Shown: positions 16,936 to 27,611 of the stretch, one piece after another
Layout of the letters: the number at the start of each line of letters is the position of its first letter
Position numbering within the stretch: the stretch's first letter is position 1
Translations under genes and position numbers: made by a program
DNA from: a virus
Length of the DNA stretch: 64,000 nt
IMG/VR virus record: IMGVR_UViG_3300032224_001591
Location: 64,001 to 128,000 of that record
Strand: one strand, 5' to 3'
The notes under the pieces: model-generated
Told to the model about the DNA's origin: nothing
What the model saw: the letters and a program-made list of their open reading frames with translations, nothing else
The model's database searches: none

Positions 16936-19293
16936 ATGGCTAAAAAAAACGATGCTAAACAAGACATTAAAGATCTTAATAAAGAATTAGGTTATATTGA
17001 AGATCAAATTATTAACATAGCGGATAGTTTATCTAGAACCGTTAAAGATGCTATATCTGATATTAAGGATGAAGCAGCCAGTGTTGGTGATATTTTTGAA
17101 AAAAAATTAAGTAAAAGCATTAAATCTTTAGCTAGTGATTCAGAAACAATATTAGCTAATACTTTAAAGTTGTATGAAGGATCCGTTAAATTATCAAATA
17201 TTCAAAAATCTCAAGAGCGTTTAAAACTTAAAGAATTAAGTCTTACTCGTAATTTAGATATTTTACAAAATAATAATTTATTAACCGCTAAACAAAGAAA
17301 ACAAAAAGAAGCTGAGATTAAGGATGCTATAAATAGACAAAATGTTTTATTAAAAGGCCAAGCAGAATTAGCTAAACAAATTCAATCTAAAATGGGAGTT
17401 ACTGGAAAGGTTATTACATCCTTTACTAAGATACCCCTTTTAGGAAATCTTATAGACTCAGAAAGAGTATTAGCTAAAGTTCAAGCAGAAGCAGCTAGCA
17501 AAGATGCTACAAAAACATCAGTATTTAAAGCCGGACTTAAAGAAACCGGTAAAGTTATGAAAGAAAATTTACTTGATCCTGCAGTATTGCTAGGAGGAGC
17601 CTTTGGTATTCTTGTTAAATTAGCTAAATTTTTCTTTGATGCTTTATTAGGAGCATCTGTACAAACTGCTAAATTTAGACGAGATTTTGGTTTAACTAAT
17701 AAAGAAGCAGAGCAACTCAGACAACGTACATTTGATATTGCTTTTTATTCTAAACAATATGCGGATACTCAAGGTAGAATATTAATTACACAACCTCAAA
17801 TTGTAAAATCTTTAGAAGAAATTAATAAGGCTTTAGGAACACAAATAGATTTTACTAAAGACTTAGGTACTTTTGGAAAACAATTATTAGTTCAAGATGC
17901 TATATTAAGAGATAATCTTCAATTAGATGAAGAAACTAGAGCAGCTATAAATAAAGAATCAATAAGAACAGGTAAATTAACTGAGCAAATTACTAAAAAT
18001 GCTTTAGGTAATGTAGCCGCTGTAGGTCTTCAAAGAAAAATATTATTAGATAATAATAAAATATTAACAGCTGCTAGTAAAATAACAGGTGAATTAAGAT
18101 CATCATTTAAAGGTAATGTAGAAGAGATAGCTAAAGGTATAGCTAAACTTGAATTAATGGGTTTAACTTTAGAACAATCTAAAAAAATAGCAGGAGGTTT
18201 ACTTAATTTTGAACAATCCATATCAGCAGAAATAGAAGCTGAATTGCTTACAGGTAAAGATTTAAACTTAGAAAAAGCAAGACTTTTAGCAATAAATAGA
18301 AAATATGTTGAATTAGGTCAAGAAATAGTTAACCAAGGATTAACTACAAATGAACTTAATAACATGAATCAATTACAATTGGATGCTCAAGCTGCAGCTT
18401 ATAATCTAACTAGTGATGAATTAACTGATATAGTACAAAAAACAGAGGAATATAATGCTTTAACTGCTAGAGCAGCTAAAGAAGGTAAAAAAGTTCTTAT
18501 TGGTGAAAAAACAAGTTTAAAAGATATATATGAACAACTTCAAAAACAAGGAGTAGGTGAAAAAGAAATAGTTAAAATATTAGGAGATAAATTATATGCT
18601 GAAAAACAAGCAGAAGATGCTCAAATGAAATTTAATAAAGCTTTAGATCAAGCAAAAGGATCTTTTGAAAGATTAGTAAGTAGTGGAGCTTTAGACAAAT
18701 TAGTAGATGCAATAACCAAATTTGCAAATCTTATAAGTGGAGGCCAGGCTGCGGCTGATCAAGCCTATGATTTAAAACAACAAAGAAAAGAAGCACAACA
18801 ATCCGGAAATACAACACGTGTAAAAGAATTAAATAAATTAATAACAGAACAAAAACAAATAGCTGAATCATCTGCAAAAACCAAAGGAGCTGTAGAAGGA
18901 GCAGGAACGGGTCTTGCAGTTGCTATAGGAGGTTTAGTATTAGGAACAATTTTAGATGCTATTCCCTTTGGAGCAGCGGCTGGTATTCCTATACAAGCAG
19001 CTTCTTTAAGTACGATAGCAGCAGCTTTAGGAACATCAGCAACTTTAGGAGCAGCTTACGGATATGCAACTTCATCTGCTCCTAAACCAACACCAACAAG
19101 TATGAAAACCGATGATTTTACTATCCGAACAAATCCAGCAGATACAATAGTAGCAGCCGGGGGTACAAATTTAGGCAGAACAGATGAAATGGTTAGTTTA
19201 TTAAGTCAAATTTTACATAAAGAAGGATATGTATCTATTAATTCTACTAAATTTGGTACTGGATATGCTTTAGGCAATTTTAAAGTTCAATAA
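16936..19293 (+). CDS. Tail tape measure protein
   Basis: 785-aa helical Ala/Leu/Lys/Gln-rich protein with hydrophobic Gly/Ala segments (LLNFEQSISAEIEAELLTGKDLNLEKAR); position in the tail module. Confidence 0.8.
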   Translation: MAKKNDAKQDIKDLNKELGYIEDQIINIADSLSRTVKDAISDIKDEAASVGDIFEKKLSKSIKSLASDSETILANTLKLYEGSVKLSNIQKSQERLKLKELSLTRNLDILQNNNLLTAKQRKQKEAEIKDAINRQNVLLKGQAELAKQIQSKMGVTGKVITSFTKIPLLGNLIDSERVLAKVQAEAASKDATKTSVFKAGLKETGKVMKENLLDPAVLLGGAFGILVKLAKFFFDALLGASVQTAKFRRDFGLTNKEAEQLRQRTFDIAFYSKQYADTQGRILITQPQIVKSLEEINKALGTQIDFTKDLGTFGKQLLVQDAILRDNLQLDEETRAAINKESIRTGKLTEQITKNALGNVAAVGLQRKILLDNNKILTAASKITGELRSSFKGNVEEIAKGIAKLELMGLTLEQSKKIAGGLLNFEQSISAEIEAELLTGKDLNLEKARLLAINRKYVELGQEIVNQGLTTNELNNMNQLQLDAQAAAYNLTSDELTDIVQKTEEYNALTARAAKEGKKVLIGEKTSLKDIYEQLQKQGVGEKEIVKILGDKLYAEKQAEDAQMKFNKALDQAKGSFERLVSSGALDKLVDAITKFANLISGGQAAADQAYDLKQQRKEAQQSGNTTRVKELNKLITEQKQIAESSAKTKGAVEGAGTGLAVAIGGLVLGTILDAIPFGAAAGIPIQAASLSTIAAALGTSATLGAAYGYATSSAPKPTPTSMKTDDFTIRTNPADTIVAAGGTNLGRTDEMVSLLSQILHKEGYVSINSTKFGTGYALGNFKVQ

Positions 19294-19320
19294 ATAAAAT
19301 ATTTATAATAAAATAATACT

Positions 19321-19788
19321 ATGGGATTACTAAGTAAATTACAACAAGGATCAAATTTAACATCATATGATGGTAATACTCCAACATCTTATAATGGAGT
19401 ATCGCAATATCCGTTAGATTTAAAGGTATCACAATTAGATTTAAACGGACAAACACCACCATCATATAATGGTGTATCTCAATATCAATTAGATTTAAAA
19501 ACATCACAATTAGACTTAGGCGGTTTACAACCACCGGTTTATAATCAACAAAGCCAATACCAAAAAGATTTAGCAGTATCACAATTAGATCTAGATGGTA
19601 AACAACCACTTGTTTATGATCGTAAAACTAAATATCCTGATGATTTAAAAGTATCGCAATTAGATTTAGATGGTAAAACACCTCAATCTTATAATCAAGT
19701 AAGTCAATATCCTACTGATTTAAAAATATCAAGATTAGATTTAGACGGTAATACTCCGGATCAATATTTAAACAATTTACCTCAATAA
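19321..19788 (+). CDS. Tandem 25-aa repeat protein (SQLDLDGKTP.SY...SQYP.DLKV, about 5.5 copies)
   Basis: Repeat visible in the protein and as a 75-nt DNA period. Confidence 0.8.
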   Translation: MGLLSKLQQGSNLTSYDGNTPTSYNGVSQYPLDLKVSQLDLNGQTPPSYNGVSQYQLDLKTSQLDLGGLQPPVYNQQSQYQKDLAVSQLDLDGKQPLVYDRKTKYPDDLKVSQLDLDGKTPQSYNQVSQYPTDLKISRLDLDGNTPDQYLNNLPQ

Positions 19789-19789
19789 C

Positions 19790-21640
19790 ATGCCTTTAGT
19801 TACCTTAAAGACAAATTTAAAGTCCCTTACATATGGGCATGATCGAATTTACGGGGCTAGTAGTAAACAACCTTATATTGTTGATGCTATTCCTGAAAAG
19901 GAGACTAATCCTGACTTTACGGCCTATAATAATGATTATATTTTAAGAGGAGGAACATTTGCGGCTCGAAATTCAGCTATAGATGTTTTACGTTTAGGTA
20001 AAATGTTTAAAGATGCAACTTCTCCAAGTGGTATATTTTTTACATCAAAACAACAGTTATTATCTCGTACATCCGTTCGTACTCAAACAAGCGGATTATT
20101 AAATCAAGGAAATTATACTCCATTAAATACTTTAGCCGAAGCAGGATTAGTTGCTTTTGGAGGACATGTTTTGAAAAATGGTTTAGGAAATAGTTTAAAT
20201 CCATTTGGGGGAACAGGCGCTTATTCTACTAATGAAAACTTATACGGGGTTAGGATTACAAACCAAAGAATTAATGAAACTGATTCTGAATTAAACAGAC
20301 TTTTATTAATATATAATGGTTTAATGCTCCAACAATCTATAACATCGCCTATACCTGATGGTTTTACATATAATAAAGGCATAAACCTTTTATCATACTC
20401 TGGAGGCCCCGGATCTATATTAGGAATAGGTAAAACTAATATTAGATATGGTAGCAATACAACCTTTAGCCCCTCAGTAGGTGTAGCTGAAAAACCAAAT
20501 ATTAGAAAATTTTTAAACGATACTTTAGTAAATAGTGCTTTAGATAATATTGATGATTCTAATATTAATAATGGTAGAAGTACATATGTTTATACTCCTA
20601 AATCTTTTGATTTTAGAGCTAAATTAAGAAAAGGATTAACTAAATCCACAGTTATGTCTGATGCTCCCTCATATATTTTAGGTGAAGGAAAAACAATTGA
20701 AAATAGAGTTAATTTAGGAAATCCAGGAAATAGAACAAATAAAAATTTAATATCTTATACTAATGGTTCAGGAACAGGTCCTGTAGATAAAATTACAGCT
20801 TTACCTATTTATAGAAGTGAGAATGCTTCAGATAAACATATAGTAAATGATTTAGTTAAATTTAGAATTGCTGCTATTGATAATAATGACCCAACTCAAA
20901 AAACATTTATACATTTTAGAGCATTTTTAGATAATATGTCTGATGCTTATAATGCTACTTGGAGTCCATTTACATATCTAGGACGTGGAGAAAATTTTTA
21001 TACATATAGTAATTTTACAAGAACTATTAATTTAGGATGGACTGTAGCGGCTCAATCTAAAGAAGAACTTATCCCAATGTATAAAAAATTAAATTATTTA
21101 GCATCTCTTGTAACTCCCGACTATACTCCTAAAGGATACATGGCTGGTAATTTAGTTCAATTAACAGTAGGAGGATACTTATACGAACAGGTTGGCTTTA
21201 TAACTTCTCTTACGTATGATGTACCCGCGGAATCACCTTGGGAAATTGGTATAACTGATAAAGCTGAAAAAAATACAGATGGTACTGTTAAAGAATTACC
21301 TCATATTATTAAAGTAACAGGATTTCAATTTACACCAATTCACGATTTTATTCCTAAAAAACAAACTATTAGTGATTTTAATGAAGCTAATCAACTTGAA
21401 ACACTTGGAAGAGATGATAATAATGTGTATGGCCCTCAAAGATATATAGCTTTATCTAATGGAACAGGTAATACAGATAGTAATTATGATTATTGGGATA
21501 CAGCAAATAATATAAAAAAGCCACCTAAAAATACTCCTCCTTCACCTAATAATACTCCTCCTCCCCCACCTAATAATACTCCTCTTAAGGGACGATCGAA
21601 TACATATGGTGCTGAATCTTTATTAAATAGTAGAGCTTAA
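19790..21640 (+). CDS. Baseplate/tail-tube initiator-like structural protein
   Basis: FRAFLD...W....YLGRGENFYTY..FTR.I...LTVGGYL; position after the tape measure gene; Pro-rich C-terminus. Confidence 0.6.
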   Translation: MPLVTLKTNLKSLTYGHDRIYGASSKQPYIVDAIPEKETNPDFTAYNNDYILRGGTFAARNSAIDVLRLGKMFKDATSPSGIFFTSKQQLLSRTSVRTQTSGLLNQGNYTPLNTLAEAGLVAFGGHVLKNGLGNSLNPFGGTGAYSTNENLYGVRITNQRINETDSELNRLLLIYNGLMLQQSITSPIPDGFTYNKGINLLSYSGGPGSILGIGKTNIRYGSNTTFSPSVGVAEKPNIRKFLNDTLVNSALDNIDDSNINNGRSTYVYTPKSFDFRAKLRKGLTKSTVMSDAPSYILGEGKTIENRVNLGNPGNRTNKNLISYTNGSGTGPVDKITALPIYRSENASDKHIVNDLVKFRIAAIDNNDPTQKTFIHFRAFLDNMSDAYNATWSPFTYLGRGENFYTYSNFTRTINLGWTVAAQSKEELIPMYKKLNYLASLVTPDYTPKGYMAGNLVQLTVGGYLYEQVGFITSLTYDVPAESPWEIGITDKAEKNTDGTVKELPHIIKVTGFQFTPIHDFIPKKQTISDFNEANQLETLGRDDNNVYGPQRYIALSNGTGNTDSNYDYWDTANNIKKPPKNTPPSPNNTPPPPPNNTPLKGRSNTYGAESLLNSRA

Positions 21641-21663
21641 ATAAGTAATAAAATATAAAATAA

Positions 21664-21987
21664 ATGAATAGATATCAACAAATACCTCAAACAAAAATAA
21701 ACGGACGATTAGTCTACAGAACATCTCGTTACCCACAAGTACCGTTAACTGCAGACGATATTTATGTTTATACTGTTCAAGGAGATAGATTTGATACACT
21801 AGCAAATCAATATTATAGAGATAGTTCATTATGGTGGATTATTTCAATTGCTAATACAGCAACCGCAGGTACTTCTAGCCCTTCAGATTTACCACAAAAT
21901 TCATTATTAATACCTGAAGGATTACAAATTAGAATACCAGCAAACCCACAATCAATAATAAGTGCTTTTAAATTAATAAACCAATAA
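21664..21987 (+). CDS. LysM-like baseplate wedge protein (gp53/tail X-like)
   Basis: YTVQGDRFDTLANQYYRDSSLWWIISIAN...GLQIRIP. Confidence 0.8.
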   Translation: MNRYQQIPQTKINGRLVYRTSRYPQVPLTADDIYVYTVQGDRFDTLANQYYRDSSLWWIISIANTATAGTSSPSDLPQNSLLIPEGLQIRIPANPQSIISAFKLINQ

Positions 21988-21991
21988 AGTT

Positions 21992-24900
21992 ATGAATATA
22001 GTAGGAGAAGGATTTGCCAAAGAAATTATTGATCAAATAGACACTCGCCAAAAATTAAAAGGTAAACGTGATCGAAATCTTGGAGGAAATCCAGAATGGT
22101 TAGTTTGGCAAAATGGAAATACAGGATGGGTTAAAATGATATCATCAATAGATGTTGATCCTGAAAAAAAATATTTTAATACTGGATCCGTTGTAACAAA
22201 CCCCGGTGTAGCACCTGGACCCGATAACTATATTAAACTTGAAAATAGTAATACCCCTATTTATTACTCAGGCAGAGGATCAGCATCTACTAATCCTAAT
22301 CAAAATCTTACTAGAGGAGATGCTAATAATTTATTAGCTAGATCAAACATATTAATGGGGGGAATTTATACTCCATATAATTTAATCCGATCAGAGGAAA
22401 ATAATAATCTTCAAGCAGGTATATCTCGTAATGGTTCTTTTCAAAATCCAAACGCTTATGGGTTTGGTGGTTTAGAATTTGGTTTACAACCAATTCCAGG
22501 TATTACTTCATTTAATATTAGAAGTGAAAATAGAGGTTCAATAAGAACGGCAACTATTGGTATTCGTGCTTATAATAAAGTACAATTTGATATTATTAAT
22601 ACACTGTATATGAGTTTAGGTTACACTATGCTTATTGAATGGGGAAATACTATGTATTATGATAATAATAAACAATTTCAATCTAATAATCAATACAGTT
22701 TACAAGATGAATTTTTATTAGGACAACCAAAATGGACTGGGCTTTTAAAATTAATGAAAGAAAAAAGAGCAGCATCAAATGGAAATTATGATGCTGCTTT
22801 AGGTAGAGTAGTAAATTTTAATTGGAAATTAAATAAAGATATGAGTTATGATATTACTGTAACTTTATTAACAGTAGGTGATATAATTGAATCTTTAAAA
22901 ATAAATACTTTATCTAATAATTTCTCATTAAATATTAAAAATCCAACAGCACCCCAACCAAATACACCTATAACTCAATCCGTAGATAAATTCGCAGGGT
23001 TAGGATTAACAGAGCAACAAAAAGAAATATTTAATTCTATTAATGCTTCTATAAATAAAAATGTTCCTTTAGGTCAAGTAGCAGATATTTCAAATTATGC
23101 TAATTCTCACGATATTGGAGCTTTATTATATCAACATAAACAAAATTTAGATGCTAACGGAATAGAATCAACTATTAATAAAACAACAAGATTTTTAAAA
23201 GATAAAGATATTGTTACTGATATATCTCAAACTTTTAATAATATTTCTAATCCAAAAGATATTCAAAGTCAAACAGTTTATTACATGCATTTAGGATATT
23301 TTTTGTTTTTATTAGAAAAATATATTATACCTAATATTAATGGTGATGATACATTAAAATCAATTAAAATAGATTATGCTATAAATTCTAATATTATTTC
23401 TATAGATCCTCTTTTAGTAAGTGCTGATCCTACAGTTTGTTTACTTAGTCGAAATATAACTTTAAAACCAAGTAATACAACTATATCTTTTATACCTGAA
23501 GGAAATAAATTTCCATTTCAATTAAAAAATAAAGATGGTAGTAAAAGTAAAGAATTTTATGGATATTTAATGAATATTTATATTAATTATAATTGGATAC
23601 TTAATAATTTAAATACTTTAGTTGACAATGAGGGAAATGTTGTTTTAATTGATTTTTTACAAAGATTATGTATTGATATTTGTCGTGCTACGGGTAATTA
23701 TAATAAAATTCAACCTGTAGTAAATAATGAAGATTTAACTATACGTTTTATAGATGAAGTAGCTCTTCCTAATAGAGATTATTTTTTAAAAAAATTCGAC
23801 CTTCCAACTAATCCCGCACATTTTAGAATGTACGGATATTATCCTACAGATACCACTTCAGATAGTGTATTAGAAGCAGGAATAGTTAGAGATTTAAATT
23901 TAGTAACTACTGTATCTCCTAGATTAGCTAATATGCTTACTATATCTGCTCAAGCTCATTCATATGTGGTAGGTGAAGATGCAACGGCATTATCAACGTT
24001 AACTAGAGGATTAACTGATCGGATAAAAGAAAAAGTTTATTATCCGGGACAAAAAACAGATATAGCAACTGAAAAAAATTTATATGAACAATATACTAAA
24101 GTTATTGAAAACTTTAATAATTTTTTGAAAAAAATAGGATCGGAACCTGGTACTCCACCTTCTTGGAATCTTAATGAAATTGAAATATATTTAAATACTA
24201 ATAAAGCTTTTATTGAGTATAACCAAGCAAAAGCCACATTAGAAAAACAAAAAACAGATCCTAGTGCTGGGTCAGCTAAAACAGGATTTTTACCTTTTAA
24301 TTTAAATTTTACAATAGATGGAATTTCAGGTATAAACATATATCAACGATTTATAGTTGATACAGAATATTTACCCCCTAATTATCCGGCAAATATAGAA
24401 TTTTTAGTAATGGGGGTAACACATGAAATAAAAGAAAATCAATGGCTTACTCATATAGACTCTGTAGGTATTCCTAAAAATCCTCTTAATGGTAATTTTG
24501 AAGATACAACAACAGAAGATAGACAACCTACTATGGAAAAAATTCCTGGTAAACAACCTACTCCTGTTAAATCATCTACTAATCCAGTACCAACACTTAA
24601 ACAAGCTGTTAAAGATCAAGCAGAATATTATTTCGGAAAATATGGAGAGGGTCTTAAATGTGCTCGTTGGACTTATAATATAGCTTATAAGTTAAAAGAA
24701 TACATAGATACTAATAGTACAAAAGCTATTCCTTTTAATTTACAATTCTCCGATAATGCTGACTCAAACGCATGGAGAGATTATGTAAATAAATTAGGTT
24801 TTTATGATAAAGTTTTTGTAGGTGACATGAATCTTGATCAATTAAAAGCATGGATAAATAACAGTACATTTAATTATGGAGATATTTTAAATTATTATGC

Positions 24901-25126
24901 CCCAGGACACACTGCTAGAACTAACATGCATACCCAAATATATACAGGAAATATTTTCTCTACTGGAGGCTCAGCTGGTAAAAATAAAAATATAATACCT
25001 AACTCCGCAGGAAACTCAGGGTGGTCAACATCTACAAAAACAAACTATGGAACAAAAGTAGTTTATAATAATAATTATACTTATAAAGTGTACTATTTTA
25101 AAGTTAAATCACAATATATAAAATAA
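21992..25126 (+). CDS. Large baseplate hub protein with putative C-terminal Cys/His (NlpC/P60/CHAP-like) hydrolase domain
   Basis: PGITSFNI...GSIRTATI and LPFNLNFTIDGISGI...VTHEI..NQWLT (hub-like). After a Pro/Thr linker: KCARWT...GDIL...MHTQIY. Confidence 0.55.
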   Translation: MNIVGEGFAKEIIDQIDTRQKLKGKRDRNLGGNPEWLVWQNGNTGWVKMISSIDVDPEKKYFNTGSVVTNPGVAPGPDNYIKLENSNTPIYYSGRGSASTNPNQNLTRGDANNLLARSNILMGGIYTPYNLIRSEENNNLQAGISRNGSFQNPNAYGFGGLEFGLQPIPGITSFNIRSENRGSIRTATIGIRAYNKVQFDIINTLYMSLGYTMLIEWGNTMYYDNNKQFQSNNQYSLQDEFLLGQPKWTGLLKLMKEKRAASNGNYDAALGRVVNFNWKLNKDMSYDITVTLLTVGDIIESLKINTLSNNFSLNIKNPTAPQPNTPITQSVDKFAGLGLTEQQKEIFNSINASINKNVPLGQVADISNYANSHDIGALLYQHKQNLDANGIESTINKTTRFLKDKDIVTDISQTFNNISNPKDIQSQTVYYMHLGYFLFLLEKYIIPNINGDDTLKSIKIDYAINSNIISIDPLLVSADPTVCLLSRNITLKPSNTTISFIPEGNKFPFQLKNKDGSKSKEFYGYLMNIYINYNWILNNLNTLVDNEGNVVLIDFLQRLCIDICRATGNYNKIQPVVNNEDLTIRFIDEVALPNRDYFLKKFDLPTNPAHFRMYGYYPTDTTSDSVLEAGIVRDLNLVTTVSPRLANMLTISAQAHSYVVGEDATALSTLTRGLTDRIKEKVYYPGQKTDIATEKNLYEQYTKVIENFNNFLKKIGSEPGTPPSWNLNEIEIYLNTNKAFIEYNQAKATLEKQKTDPSAGSAKTGFLPFNLNFTIDGISGINIYQRFIVDTEYLPPNYPANIEFLVMGVTHEIKENQWLTHIDSVGIPKNPLNGNFEDTTTEDRQPTMEKIPGKQPTPVKSSTNPVPTLKQAVKDQAEYYFGKYGEGLKCARWTYNIAYKLKEYIDTNSTKAIPFNLQFSDNADSNAWRDYVNKLGFYDKVFVGDMNLDQLKAWINNSTFNYGDILNYYAPGHTARTNMHTQIYTGNIFSTGGSAGKNKNIIPNSAGNSGWSTSTKTNYGTKVVYNNNYTYKVYYFKVKSQYIK

Positions 25127-25127
25127 T

Positions 25128-25760
25128 ATGCCTTACTATCCACTGTCACAAATAACATCTAATTTACATACTAATGGACTTGAATACGCTGTTAATTTAA
25201 AAAACCCAAGTAATTCATACTCCGGTTATTACTGGAAAACATCTGATGGAAAATACTTTACAGGTAAAACTCCACAAGATACTCCTTGTGTTGAATTATT
25301 TGTTATTCCTAATTTAGAAGGAGGCGAAAACGGTGATTCTACATTTAGTCAAGTTACTATTAATAATGTAACCGTATTTGAAGGTGATCCTTTAATAGAT
25401 AACTATTTACGTCTTAAAAATATATCACCAACAACAGTTACATCTATACCTCCATATTATTCACCCCAACCAACTCAATCAGATTATCAAACAGGTGAAT
25501 TTAGACGTTATTTTTGTAAAAAAACAAACGAAATACAATATACGGAAATTAGTGAAGCAACATATGCTTTATTATTAAATAAAGACCCACAAATATTATG
25601 GCAGTTATATTTTCCATTTTATATTCCGTGGAGTTTAACGGGGACTAAGGAACAGGTCGCAAATACTAATAGAAATATTGTAGCTTTAAATATAAAAAAT
25701 TTAAAATTACCGCGTTTTAATGATTATCTCAAAAACGATTACACAAAATATTATAAATAG
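25128..25760 (+). CDS. Conserved phage structural protein
   Basis: YYPLSQI, YSGYY...GKYFTGKTP, PTQSDYQTGEFRRYFCKK. Confidence 0.55.
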   Translation: MPYYPLSQITSNLHTNGLEYAVNLKNPSNSYSGYYWKTSDGKYFTGKTPQDTPCVELFVIPNLEGGENGDSTFSQVTINNVTVFEGDPLIDNYLRLKNISPTTVTSIPPYYSPQPTQSDYQTGEFRRYFCKKTNEIQYTEISEATYALLLNKDPQILWQLYFPFYIPWSLTGTKEQVANTNRNIVALNIKNLKLPRFNDYLKNDYTKYYK

Positions 25761-25794
25761 TTTGGAGATTTAAAAAACAGGTCGTATATTTATA
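25761..25794 (+). promoter_or_regulatory. Composite promoter TTTGG-N19-TATATT overlapping TATTTATA
   Basis: tttggagatttaaaaaacaggtcgtatatttata. Confidence 0.7.
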
Positions 25795-25812
25795 ACAATA
25801 AAAACATAAAAC

Positions 25813-26478
25813 ATGAAAAAACAAATTAACGAAATTAAAAGAATGCAGCATATTGCTGGATTAATCACTGAAAGCGAATACCGTCAATCATTAAATGAAG
25901 AAACTAATGAAGAAACACTTGATGATGTTACTTTTACTTTAGATATGGCATTAAATAATATGTTTCCAATGTATGGATTTAAAGCAGGAGACACAGTTAC
26001 AGGTATTTTACCAGCTGAAGAATTTGCTGATGAAACTAAACGCAATAGTGCTGAGGATTTTCAAGCAGCACAAGCTTACATTAAGAATAAGGGAGGAGAA
26101 ATAAAAATTAATTCAAGTGATCCTTATCTTATGTTTAGAAATATAAACATAACATATAAATTGAAAGATAATGGAGATATTGAATACGCAGTAGAAGTTC
26201 CAGCTAAAAAAATGGACGAAGCTGAAATAAAAGAAGAAGAAAAAGGTCTTCCTTTTTTACTAGCTAAAACATGGTTAAACGAATATAATGGTAATATTCA
26301 ATTTGCGGTCCGTACAGAAGAGATTATAGGTTTTTTATACAATTTAAGAGATAAAGAATTTAAACAATATAAAGGAGAAATTGAACGTATGTACTTACCA
26401 TATAAAAAAGCTAAAGACGCTTTTGAAAAGTTATGGGATGAAGCATCTGTTTTTTCAGATAAAGATCTTAAAGACTAA
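25813..26478 (+). CDS. Leader-family protein 1 (putative internal head protein)
   Basis: N-terminus MKKQINEIKRMQHIAGLITESEY; acidic body. Confidence 0.7.
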   Translation: MKKQINEIKRMQHIAGLITESEYRQSLNEETNEETLDDVTFTLDMALNNMFPMYGFKAGDTVTGILPAEEFADETKRNSAEDFQAAQAYIKNKGGEIKINSSDPYLMFRNINITYKLKDNGDIEYAVEVPAKKMDEAEIKEEEKGLPFLLAKTWLNEYNGNIQFAVRTEEIIGFLYNLRDKEFKQYKGEIERMYLPYKKAKDAFEKLWDEASVFSDKDLKD

Positions 26479-26479
26479 A

Positions 26480-27111
26480 TAAATAATAAAAACATAAAAC
26501 ATGGCAAACGATTTTAAAAGAATGCAAAAATTAGCAGGTTTAATTACCGAAGCAAAGGCTGAAGTATATTCTTATGAGGCAACTCCGGAAAAACAAGCTT
26601 TATACGATAAAATTGCTACAGAATTAGAAAAACTTATTAAGGATATAGCTTCAAAACTAAAAATTAAACCATCTAACATTAGAATATCATGTGATGGGTT
26701 ATGGGATGATGGAGGTTATAAAAACAGAGGATTAGTAGTTCAAATTAAAGCTAATGATAATACATGGGAAAAACCATGGAAAGGAAATAATAGAATTATC
26801 CAAACCCCAAATAGTGAAGGTATATTAATACACCCCGGAATATCAGGTAATGGAATAGTTGGTCTAAAGTTAGATATGGATAACACGTATAATAAAGAAT
26901 TAGAAACTATTTACAAAAAAGCACGAGAACAAAATTTAGGTAAGTATGTATCCGATTTTAATGTTCAATTAGCAAACTCTCTTACACCACAAGAAATAAA
27001 ATTAATAGCACCAAACACTCCAATAATAGTAACCGGTAAATAATAAAAACATAAAACATGGCAAACGATTTTAAAAGAATGCAAAAATTGGCAGGTTTAA
27101 TTACCGAAGCA
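26480..27111 (+). repeat. 75-bp direct repeat pair (26480-26554 and 27037-27111, one mismatch) covering the translation-initiation region and leader codons
   Basis: taaataataaaaacataaaacATGgcaaacgattttaaaagaatgcaaaaatt(a/g)gcaggtttaattaccgaagca. Confidence 0.9.
26501..27043 (+). CDS. Leader-family protein 2
   Basis: MANDFKRMQKLAGLITEA followed by a unique body. Confidence 0.7.
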   Translation: MANDFKRMQKLAGLITEAKAEVYSYEATPEKQALYDKIATELEKLIKDIASKLKIKPSNIRISCDGLWDDGGYKNRGLVVQIKANDNTWEKPWKGNNRIIQTPNSEGILIHPGISGNGIVGLKLDMDNTYNKELETIYKKAREQNLGKYVSDFNVQLANSLTPQEIKLIAPNTPIIVTGK

Positions 27112-27567
27112 CAATCACAAAAATCAAAATATATCCTTACAGATGAAGAGGGTGATGTTTATTTAAACGACGATGCTATCAAATCATATCTTAAATCAGT
27201 AATCAATTCAGAAGAAATTGAATCTGTAAACGATTTTATGAACGATGAAGAAGGATTTGGAGAATCAGCAATGCATTTCTTTAAAGATGGTAGTGAAGAT
27301 ATATCGGATAAAGATGTTGAAGATTGGGCTAAACAAGAAATGAGCTACTATTTATATTCTGAACCTGATGAATTTCCAGGCAAAGAATTAAATGAAAATA
27401 TATCTGATGAAGCTATTGACCGTATGGAAGGTTTAGCTAACACACATCATTTATCAACTTTAAAATTCAGTTTAGAAAACCTAGTTCCAGAATGGATACA
27501 AGATGGAGGATTTGATGAAGATGATGTAATTGATTATTTAACACATTTAGTAAGAAACTCATACTAG
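27058..27567 (+). CDS. Leader-family protein 3
   Basis: MANDFKRMQKLAGLITEA; internal ELNE separating two acidic modules. Confidence 0.7.
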   Translation: MANDFKRMQKLAGLITEAQSQKSKYILTDEEGDVYLNDDAIKSYLKSVINSEEIESVNDFMNDEEGFGESAMHFFKDGSEDISDKDVEDWAKQEMSYYLYSEPDEFPGKELNENISDEAIDRMEGLANTHHLSTLKFSLENLVPEWIQDGGFDEDDVIDYLTHLVRNSY

Positions 27568-27611
27568 TAAAAAAAATCATATATTTATTATAAACATATA
27601 ACTGATAAAAC

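Noticed and set aside
26480-27111. 75-bp repeats as CRISPR repeats, integron attC sites or IS ends
   Set aside because: They encode the initiation region and leader peptide, are not palindromic, and no cas, integrase or transposase gene is in the window.
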